Shown here in pieces: positions 31,643 through 40,353 of a DNA stretch of 64,000 bases (its first letter is position 1; the number at the start of each line of letters is the position of its first letter). The notes under the pieces are model-generated. The model searched no databases. It was not told the origin of the DNA and saw nothing but the letters and a program-made list of their open reading frames with translations. Both the position numbers and the translations under genes were made by a program. Source of the stretch: Alphaproteobacteria bacterium (GTDB taxonomy: Bacteria; Pseudomonadota; Alphaproteobacteria; UBA828); contig CBDCCI010000002.1 in assembly GCA_965214705.1 (NCBI GenBank), positions 2,400,001-2,464,000 on the forward strand, written 5' to 3'.

Positions 31643-32267
31643 GGCGCGCTCCCGCCTGCCATCATCCGCATGCCCTGGTCCGGCGCGGGATCACCCTCCT
31701 CACGCGTAACATGCCGACTCGCGGCGTCCTCGCACGGGCGCTTCGCGTGCGGGTTCGCGATCTTGTTGCGGCCGTAGTGGAACGCATAGGCCTCATGAAC
31801 CGCGGCACGGAGGCCGGTCGGCCGATAGCCGAGCTCCCGTTTCGCCTTGGAGATGTCGGCGTGGCGGCACTTTCGCAACAGGCGTATGGCGCCGGGGGTG
31901 AAGCGCTGGGGAAAGCCCGGGTGAACCCGACTCAGATAGAAGCTCGCGATTTCGGCAAAGGTTAAGGGTTGGGCAGGCTCTCTCTCGAGAGCCTGCCCAA
32001 CCCTTTTGAACGAAGCCGCGGGCCACGAGAGGCGAAGTTGAGCTATGTGGAAAGTGCGCTGATGTCAGCGTCAGGCGGCATCCACCGGCAGCAGAGTTGC
32101 GCATAAAATCGACGCTCGCGCCGGTCTTTCGGCAGGCATGCGGGCGCACGCTGCGAGGACTGAGCGGGGTGTGAGCCGAGGGCTGTCAGCCCGGCTCAAG
32201 CGGAGACAGGTTCGGTCGTGCGTCGGCGCTTTGGCGCCGTTGCGCGGGGCCGAAGCGAGCGGGCGTC

Positions 32268-33509
32268 TCACGGTTTCCCCCTGTGGGTCGGCGGCAGCGC
32301 CGGCGGGCCGCGCGTCGAGCGGGGCTCATGGCGGCGGCGGATTTCGCGGACGAGGCGCATGACGCCGCCGCAGTGGGGGCAGGCCACGGGCGCGGTGCCG
32401 ATCTCGGGCTCTTCGTCGGGCTCGGCCCGAGCGCCGTCCACGCTTCCCTCGGGGGCGGCGCAGCCGAGGGCGCCGAGAGCCTGGCGTGCTCTCTCCAGCG
32501 TGCTGGCGCGGCAGCCGTTGGCGAGGATGCCGAAGTAGCGAGTGCGGTGCATGCCGTCCGGCAGGACGTGCCTCAGGAAGCGGCGGATGAACTCGTCGGC
32601 GCTCACGGTGGCGATGCCGTAGCGCGGCTTTCTCTGCCCCGGCGCCTTGGGCTTTCGGTGGCGGAAGGAGACCGTCTCGCCGTCGAAGGAGACGATGCGG
32701 CTGTCGGAGATGGCGATCCTGTGCGTGTAGTGCGAGAGGTACCGGAAGACCTGCTCAGGCCCGCGGAAGGGCCGCTTGGCGTAGACCACCCAGTCCCTGG
32801 CCCGGGCGGCGGCAAGCGTGGCGTGGAACTCGCCGGGATTGGCGAGGTGGGCGACGGTGCCGTGGAACTCCAGGTCCCCCCGGCCGTGGGCGCGGGCGAG
32901 CTCCTCGAGGAAGAGGCGGCGGAACAGGCTGCCGAGGACCTTGACGGGGGCGAGGAAGGTGGTGCTCCCCGTCTTCCACTCGCCACTGTCTACGTCGAAG
33001 CCCGCGTTGGGCACGACCACGTGCAGGTGCGGGTGGAAGCGGAGCTTCTGATCCCAGGTATGGAGGACCGCGGTGCCGCCGATGCGCATGCCGCCGTGGC
33101 GGGGATCGGCGGCGATGGTGCGCAGGGTCTCGGCGACGGCCCGGAAGAGGATGTCGAACACCACCCTGCGGTTGCAGAAGGCAATGGCGGCAACCTCCTT
33201 GGGCAGGGTGAAGACCACATGGAAGTAGGGCACCGGCAGGATGTCCCCGGCGCGCTCCTCGCTCCAGAGGTTGGCGGCGAGACCCTGGCAGGTGGGGCAG
33301 TGGCGGTTGCGGCAGGAGTTGAAGAGCGGATGCTCGCGCCCGCAGCCCTCGCAGGCGTACATGTGGCCGCCGAGCACGGCGGTGCGGCACGCCTCGATGG
33401 CGCCCATGACCTTGAGCCGGGCGGCGTCGATGCGCCCTTTGTGGCGCTCACGGAAAGCGGCGCCGGCGCGGCGGAAGATCTCCGCCACGCCCGCGCGTTC
33501 GGCCTCCAC
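32268..33509 (-). CDS. IS91-family (HUH/Y2) transposase
   Basis: Zn-binding CRT..CEGC..NSCRNRHCPTC; HUH LHTW..HPHLH; YLSHYTHR; RYFGILAN. Confidence 0.9.
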   Translation of the reverse strand: MEAERAGVAEIFRRAGAAFRERHKGRIDAARLKVMGAIEACRTAVLGGHMYACEGCGREHPLFNSCRNRHCPTCQGLAANLWSEERAGDILPVPYFHVVFTLPKEVAAIAFCNRRVVFDILFRAVAETLRTIAADPRHGGMRIGGTAVLHTWDQKLRFHPHLHVVVPNAGFDVDSGEWKTGSTTFLAPVKVLGSLFRRLFLEELARAHGRGDLEFHGTVAHLANPGEFHATLAAARARDWVVYAKRPFRGPEQVFRYLSHYTHRIAISDSRIVSFDGETVSFRHRKPKAPGQRKPRYGIATVSADEFIRRFLRHVLPDGMHRTRYFGILANGCRASTLERARQALGALGCAAPEGSVDGARAEPDEEPEIGTAPVACPHCGGVMRLVREIRRRHEPRSTRGPPALPPTHRGKP

Positions 33510-33515
33510 GCGCCG

Positions 33516-34394
33516 TCAGTTGCGCAACGCTGCGAAGCCTGAGATCGGGTGGTCGAGGCCCTCGAACATCTTGCCGGTGACGCGGGCGTAGTGACGGGTC
33601 GTGTTCGCGCTTCGATGGCCGAGCATGTCCCGGATCACCTCGATATCGCCGCCGCGCTCGAGGAGATGGGTCGCCGCCGAATGGCGCAGGCAATGGAAGG
33701 TGTAGCTGCGGTCGAGCTCGGCAATGTCGCGCGCCCTCCTGAAGGCGGCCTGCAAGGTCTCCGTTGCGATGGGCCTGTCGAGCGAGACGCCGTAGAAGAG
33801 CCAGCTCGTCGGACGCGGCCAGATGTTCCTGTAGTAGACGCGCAAGTAGTGGATGACGATGTCCGGCAACGGTGCCATTCTCTCGGTGCCGCCTTTGCCG
33901 GAGGGGATGTGCAGCAGCTTCTTCTCCGACAGGATGTCGCCGACCTTGATGGCCAAGGTCTCGGAGATGCGGAGCCCGCCGCCATAGCCGGTGACAATGG
34001 CAGCACGGTGGCGGAGGTCGGGTGTCGCAAGGATGAGGTGCTCGACCTCCTGCTCCGACATGTAGCGCGGCAGCTTGCCGGGCTTCTTGCGGGAGCGCAG
34101 GCCGGCGACATGGTCAGGCCAGCCGAGTGTGTCGATGTAGAGGAAGTTCAGCGCGGCGAAGGAGACGTTGGTCGTGCCCGGACTGAGCCCCTTGTCGATC
34201 CGCCCCAGGTACCACTGGCGCACCTGCTCGGCGTCGAGCTCGTCCGGCGAGGCGTCGTAGTACCTGGCCAGGTTCTTGATCTCGCAGATGTAGGCCTTGG
34301 ACGTGCTCGCGGCCAGATTGGCGATGCGGAGCTGCTCCTCCATGCGCTGGCGAAGAGGGGTGACGGTGTTCGTGTCGCACGCGGTCCCGGTCAT
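33516..34394 (-). CDS. Tyrosine recombinase/integrase
   Basis: GLRISE, KGGTER, HCLRHSAATHLLE, LGH, TRHY; N-terminal TPLRQRM typical of IS91-associated integrases. Confidence 0.9.
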   Translation of the reverse strand: MTGTACDTNTVTPLRQRMEEQLRIANLAASTSKAYICEIKNLARYYDASPDELDAEQVRQWYLGRIDKGLSPGTTNVSFAALNFLYIDTLGWPDHVAGLRSRKKPGKLPRYMSEQEVEHLILATPDLRHRAAIVTGYGGGLRISETLAIKVGDILSEKKLLHIPSGKGGTERMAPLPDIVIHYLRVYYRNIWPRPTSWLFYGVSLDRPIATETLQAAFRRARDIAELDRSYTFHCLRHSAATHLLERGGDIEVIRDMLGHRSANTTRHYARVTGKMFEGLDHPISGFAALRN

Positions 34395-36039
34395 TATCGA
34401 TCTCCCTGGATCGCGACGGCGCGCCGCCGGACCGATCCGGCGACGGTCCGTCGCAGGGGTCGATGCTAACCACTGGTGATCGGGAGGCTGCTGGGGATCC
34501 GCCACCCGACGGGCGGAGCGCCACTGACGCAACCGGGAAGCGAACGCACAGAACAAACGGCACCCGCGACGCCTCGGAAATGAATGAACTCTACGCCGCT
34601 AACTCCGCGTAGCGGCTTCGTTCAAGACGAGCATGAGGCGGGTCGGAATTCGCCGGCGCGGCCGCGGGACGCCGGAGACCTCCTCGTAGAGATCCAGGAT
34701 ATCCGAGATGGTCTGGTACTCGGTGCTGAAGATGTACTTTTCGCCCGAGCGACCGTGGTGCATGCACAACACGTGCCCTTCGACGATGTCGCGCGCCGCG
34801 ACGAACTCGAAACCGCCATCGACGTAGGCACGGAGCTTGCCGTTGGTGTAGTCGCACAGGGTTCTTCCCAGTCGCGAGGGGAAGAAGTCGGCGCCCCCCA
34901 CCACCGCACAGCACGTCGCGACCACCACGTCCTGCCCCGATGCCGCCGCGCGCCAGCACTCCTGCTCGACGAGCGACTTGCTGCGCTCGTAGGGCATCGT
35001 GCGCTCCATGGGGTAGAACTGCATGGTCTCGTTGCTGGGAGCGGAGGGATCGTCCAGGTCGTATCCGACCGCGCTGAACGAGCCCGTCACCACCACCCGG
35101 CCGGCCCCCGCCTCCCGCGCCGCCTGCAGCACGTTGCGGGTACCGAGAACGTTGCACTCAAACACGTCGCGGCGATGGGCGCGGTTGCCTTCGATGGTCG
35201 AGACGTAGGCCGCGCAGTGATAGACGCCCTGACATCCCGTGATCGCCCGCCTGATGTCATCCAGATCCCGAATGTCGCCGAACGCGCGTTCGACCTCGAG
35301 ACCTTCCAGGCCCTCGTTGTTGTCCTCGTGTCTCAACAACACTCGGACCCGCACGCCCTCGTCGAGCAGCCGGCGCACGAGGTTGGCGCCGACATGCCCG
35401 GCCGAACCGGTAACGAAGACGGGCGGCATCGAAGATCCCGCCGGCATGCTCGATTCCGAAGTCATGGATGCCGGATTCCGTCAAGCGGAACGCGGGGCCG
35501 ATCCCATTCCGCGGGATGTTCGCAAGGTCTTACAGACACCGTCGCGCGCCCGCCGGCCGGCGTCAAAATAGCCCCTGCGGCGAAGCCAAGCCGTGCCCGT
35601 TCGCGCTCCCACATACCGCGAATTCTCCATGTCTGTCCCTCCATGTTCGGTAAGCCCGCGGCACCGACCGACCGGTACGAATCCAGACAGGGAAAAATCT
35701 ATGCGATTTAGTCACATAGCGTCCAAGAAAATACACTCATAGCGCTCATAAGTTATGCCAATGTATCGCACTGCCGCGTCGTGCTTCTGCGTGCTGATGA
35801 TCTCCATACTCGTCCAGACCCCTTGGCAAGGTCTGTTGGATATACCGAATCCCTCCGCCGATGAGATTGCCATTGCGGTCTCCTTCGGCGTTCTGGCCAA
35901 TATCAATGTCAGTTCCCTGCAAACCGCCGAAGACATGGAATGGGTCTGCGACCTCGTAACTGAAGCCGAGGGTCAGCCCCTCAGAGCCCTGCTGAATGTT
36001 CGAGTGCTCCCACACCAGGCTGATGTGAATATAGAAAAA

Positions 36040-36900
36040 TTAGGGTTCGCTTCCAATCCCGTAGGAGCGGCCGGAGCCAGACGTCCTTTTTTGGCTTGTC
36101 ATAGAGTTTGTCGCGGTCGTAGCGCCCGCGCCCCTGCGTGATTCCGACACGGGTCCAGCCGGAGGCGCTGTAGACGGCGCCGGTGTAGCGCGGCGTCTCG
36201 ACGAAGGTCTCGATGAGCACGGGGGTGGTGCTATGGCGCTCGGCCCAGTCCTCGGGCAGGCGGCGGCGGACGGTGGCGAGAATGTGCGAGCCAAGGTTGA
36301 GGATATGGATCCAGGGCAGGATCAGGAACCTGGGGTTGTCGATGACCAGCGGCAGGCTCTTCTCGCGCTTCTGCGGCGTCTATCCGATAAAGGCGTCACG
36401 CGGGGCGAGTTTCCAGGCGGCGGTGCTGAAGCCGAGCATGGCGACGGGCCAGCCGTCGCGGTCGTGGACAGCGTAGCGCATCTGGGCGCCGACCAGGGTC
36501 TTGTAGCCGAAATAGTGGTAACGGGCGACAAACTCGTTCCACAGCTTGCCCTGGCGGGTGCCGCGCACGACGGTGCGCGGGTCGAGGGGGCGAACGTCAT
36601 CGAGGGCCGTCGGCGCTGGGAACAGCGGCGGTTCGGTGTCCGGCCCTAAGACGATCGGCTTGGGTCGGCCCCTTTCCCACTTGGGCGGCGGCAGCGTGAT
36701 CAGGCCGTCGCGGTGCATAGCCAGCGTGGTGACGCGGGCCATCATGTCCTTGAGACCGCCGTCGGGCTTGAACCAGCCGATGCGCCGGCAAGCTCTCTCG
36801 AAAGGGCCCGGCGGGTTGGCGGCGGTGAAGCAGCGATCAGCGCGTGCAGCAGCGCCATCTCTCCGGTGGTGAAGTCACGCCCGTAATAGCGGCACTCGAC
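36040..36900 (-). pseudogene. DUF4338-domain (IS-associated) protein, frameshifted
   Basis: RYYGRDF.., LWNEFVARYHYFGYKTLVGAQMRY, AWKLAPRDAFIG, RFLILPWIHILNLGSHIL, LIETFVE..GWTRVGITQGRGR, spread over several frames. Confidence 0.7.
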
Positions 36901-37443
36901 GATGGGCGGTGGCCGGCAACCTCCGGGCTGATCGACGAGTTCTTTGGGGCGAAGGGCAACACACTGGTGATGGGCGAGGGAGCGGCACCGGAGGATGTCA
37001 ACATCTTCTTCGCCCGGTTTTGCTTACCAGCCGCCGAAGGCGGAGCGGGAGAGGGAATACGACATGCCGGGCGCGTCCATGAAGACGGTCCGCCGCGCGT
37101 TCTTCCGCCCGATCAACGTCCGGCGCGAGGGGTGAGACCGCCCGCCCGCGAAGAGGCCGAATGGCCGACCCTCGAGTACGACTTCAGATTGTGAACGGCG
37201 TCCCGCCATTCTGATGCGTTCCGCATCGGGCGCTTCGGCGTTCGTATCCGTCCTCAGGAAGTGCCATGCGGACGCCTGAGCCCGCGTGCAGTTGGTGCGT
37301 GCTCGCTGCACGCGGGCTTTTTTCATCGGAATGAGGCACCGTCGTTCGTGCTCGCTCCGGCGCCTCGGACCCGCGCGCAATATTCGAGCTTCTTCTGTGC
37401 GCGGGCCCGCTTTCACCAAGGAAATCCCCTTATGGATAGTGTC

Positions 37444-37617
37444 ATGGCGGATGAGAAGTTCGAGGTCGGGGACACCGTGCAACTCAAGTCGGGCGGCCCG
37501 CACATGACCGTCGTTACAGCGGCGGAGTATCAGAGGAAGCGGTTGGTCCAGTGCACATGGTTCGTCCATGGCGACAAGCGAGCGGTGGCGACGTTCTCTG
37601 CTGAGTCCCTCCGCTGA
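37444..37617 (+). CDS. YodC/DUF2158-family small protein
   Basis: FEVGDTVQLKSGGPHMTV..VQCTWF. Confidence 0.75.
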   Translation: MADEKFEVGDTVQLKSGGPHMTVVTAAEYQRKRLVQCTWFVHGDKRAVATFSAESLR

Positions 37618-38087
37618 TCGGAACGCGCCGAGCCGATAGTGGGCGACGAGGACTGAACTGCAGACGGGAGGCGGTCGACGGTTATCTCACGCGCCGTCCA
37701 CCGACCAGGGGGGCAGCCGGTTCTGAGCTTCTTCCCGGCTGCCCCTTTCACCCACCACCGATGAGGCAGACCATGGCAGATGAGAAGTGCAACGACAGCG
37801 TGAAGAGCTTGACCATTGCGGCGGCCGTTACCGCCATTGTGTTGGCTGGCGCCGGGCGGGTGGCCAATGCCGATCCCGATCCTGAAGAATCGCTAAAATC
37901 CCCCTGCCCCCGAACGCTTACCACGCTTACGCCGAACGTGTGCACGATTGGAGGTCAGGAATGGTCGGGAGTTTACTTCGGGGTGCTTACTTGGTGAATA
38001 TTTTCCTTGATCGGGCACCTCACTCGTGTCCGTGTTGTCTCTCAAGCTATTGATGTACAAAGAATTTGTGCGCTCGCGCGGCAGACC

Positions 38088-38657
38088 ATGACCGTGGTGA
38101 GCAACCCGGCTCTTCGAGACGTGTTCTGGTTCGGCATGTACACCGGGATGCGGCGCGGCGAGGTGATGCCGCTCCGCTGGGATCGTGTAGACAGGGAGGC
38201 GCTGGTCTTCCGTGTGGACAACACCAAGACGGGGGCGCCGCTGGAGCTGCCCATCACCCGGCAGCTCGCAGCCATTCTCGATCGTCGGTGGGGCGAGAGC
38301 GGTCACCTGAAGGGCGGCTGGGTGTTTCCCTCTGCCACCAGCCGGACGGGCTACTTCGTGAAGCTGACGTATTTCCATCGCCGGATCAGCGAGGCCGGGG
38401 GAGCGAAGTTCTGGTTCCACGGGATGCGCAACTACTTCATCACCGTAGCGGAGCGGGAGCTGATGCTGCCGCACGCCCTGACCAAGCGCCTGGTGAACCA
38501 TGCGCCGCCCCGCGACGTCACCGAGGGGTACGCCACCGACTGGACGATCGGGCAGTTGCGCGAACCCGCTCAGCGTATCGTGGATCGCATCGAGGCCTTG
38601 ATGGGAGCTGAGCCCGACCGCGTTATCGGGGGGATGGAGACGCCGGGGGCTTCATAG
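38088..38657 (+). pseudogene. Tyrosine integrase, C-terminal catalytic fragment
   Basis: YTGMRRGE, TKTG, FHGMRNYF, LVNH, VTEGY; no N-terminal domains. Confidence 0.75.
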
Positions 38658-38694
38658 CCTGATCTCTCAGGTTCAAATCCTGCCGCCGCTACCA
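38648..38694 (+). other. Degenerate 3' half of an initiator-type tRNA-Met (att-site remnant)
   Basis: GGCTTCATAGCCTGATCTCTCAGGTTCAAATCCTGCCGCCGCTACCA: CAT anticodon-like loop, T-arm GGTTCAAATCC, CCA end; 5' half absent. Confidence 0.7.
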
Positions 38695-38937
38695 GCTAGA
38701 GTCGGATAATTTATTGATATACAGTCGTTTTCAGAAGCAACGCCAAATCATTTACCCCGTTATATCCTGCACTCAAGCGGGCTTGGTGGCCCCCGCCTGC
38801 AATTGCCCCCAGGGTGTTGTTGGTCGCCGTCGTTTGATTCCTCGGAATCAAAGGGAATCAACACGTTGCCACGCCGATCGGCGTCCAATCTACGCACCGA
38901 ACAACAGGTAGGGTCTCCGAGGTACAAAACGACCGCG

Positions 38938-39276
38938 TCAACGGTCGAGCGCTGCCAGCGCGTCGGCCCTGGTCGGATGGATCGTGATGATCCTGTCGAA
39001 GCCGCTGGTCCCGAACGCAGCACGGACGACGTCGGAAAGGGAGCACAGCGCGAACCCGACGTCCCGGCTCCGGAGGCTCTTCGCGGTCATGAGCACGGCC
39101 CGAAGCCCGGAGCTGCTGATGTAGACCAGCCGCTCGAAATCCATGATCACCGCGCGGTCGCCGTCTTCGGTGGCGCATCGGACAGTCTCCATGAACTGCC
39201 GGACGTTGGCGCCGTCTATTCGCCCCTGCACGCGCACGGACAGGATGCCGTCCTCCCGATCTGCGCTCACCTCCAT
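38938..39276 (-). CDS. STAS-domain anti-sigma factor antagonist
   Basis: VQGRIDGA, MDFERLVYISSSGLRAVL, FGTSGFDRII; RBS GGAGGT. Confidence 0.85.
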   Translation of the reverse strand: MEVSADREDGILSVRVQGRIDGANVRQFMETVRCATEDGDRAVIMDFERLVYISSSGLRAVLMTAKSLRSRDVGFALCSLSDVVRAAFGTSGFDRIITIHPTRADALAALDR

Positions 39277-40353
39277 TGCCGTGACCTCCATCGCTGAAGC
39301 CCGCCGTACCTCACCTCCCGTACGCAACGCCTGCCGTCCTCGGCGTCGCCAAGTACGATTTCGGAGGTGCCGAGGCTGTGAGGGCCGCCTGCGAATCCGG
39401 GTCGCTGCCTCCGCCGTAGACCGCGAGGGAGGGGGCGGCTGATACCGCCAGACCGCAGGCAGAACGGACCCTCATGCTGGTGGACACCAAAAAAGCGGCC
39501 GCCCGCCCAAGGCAGCACAACAAGGCGTCACGAGGATGGGGCAGGCGGCCGAGTCGTCCCGAACCAATATTGGGGACCGAACCTTGAGATGGAGCCGTCC
39601 GCCAGTAAGGACGTTCCCGCCGCGACCGCAGGAACGAGGCGGACGGCCCCAAGGGACGGAAGCCGAGACAGGGATCGAGCTGATGCTCCAAAGGCTCCCG
39701 CCCTTTCCGTGATGCCAATGCCTCTTCTTCCGAAAGGGCCCAGCTTCCCCGGAGCAGGCCTTTGATGAGGGCAAGGCGCTCGCTGATCGAGCCCAGGTCT
39801 CTGTCGCGACCAAGCATGGCCCGACGCTGGTTTCACGCGACGCCTGCGACCACAACACCCGCGAGGATGGCGACGAATTCGCGTATCCGCATCGTTCGAC
39901 GGCTCGCGTTGGTCACCAACCCACCACCCTCGGCAGCACCACACCAGGACCGACGTTCGGCACGACGCCGTCACCGTCGGTTGCCCGCCTCGTTCCAGCG
40001 GCGTGGTGTCATCTTGCCCTTCGTGTCCCTTGAAGCCGCTTGTCTGATATCCACCGAACCAGAGCCACCTAGAACCGACATATGGAGAGCGTCCTGCCAT
40101 TCCTGCTGCTGCGCGCGCGACACGCGCGAACGAGCGCCCTGGAGGTGAATTCTTACCGAACTATTTGTAAATTGTGTGTGCCAAACTCGGTCATGTTGGT
40201 GTTTTTTCCGTAAATGTTGGAGCACGTTGGCCACGGCGCACCTGTGCCGCCAGCACAGTCGAAGCCTCGCCGAGCGTGCGTCCCGTGCGCCGCAGCGGAC
40301 GACCGTAGGCTGCGGGAACTGGAGTGCGGACCGGGTCAGCGAAGGAGGAGGTC

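Larger units (their letters stand above)
31961..34626 (-). mobile_element. IS91-like element carrying a tyrosine recombinase and a Y2 transposase
   Basis: Inverted TTGAACGAAGCCGC (32006-32019) / GCGGCTTCGTTCAA (34612-34625); GTTC/CAAG at the junction; 19-bp perfect hairpin at 31964-32005. Confidence 0.85.
31639..35465 (-). pseudogene. sdmB: NAD-dependent 3beta-HSD/decarboxylase, SdmB-like; interrupted (5' part 34627..35465, 3' part 31639..31960)
   Basis: TGSAGHVG, YERSK. Removing 31961-34626 restores LMLV-FAEIASFYLSRVHPGFPQRFTPGAIRLL..SKAKRELGYRP; its stop overlaps the Rieske ATG. Confidence 0.75.

Noticed and set aside
35712-36015. Possible outer-membrane beta-barrel fragment (GLTLGFSYEVADPFHVFGG)
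   Set aside because: Short, truncated by the DUF4338 remnant and without a decisive motif; not supportable as a feature.
36040-36900. Druantia anti-phage system
   Set aside because: Only a frameshifted DUF4338 remnant is present with no partner Dru genes; this domain is commonly IS-associated.
38648-38694. Functional tRNA gene
   Set aside because: The 5' acceptor strand and D-arm are missing and the anticodon arm is degenerate; it is treated as an att remnant.
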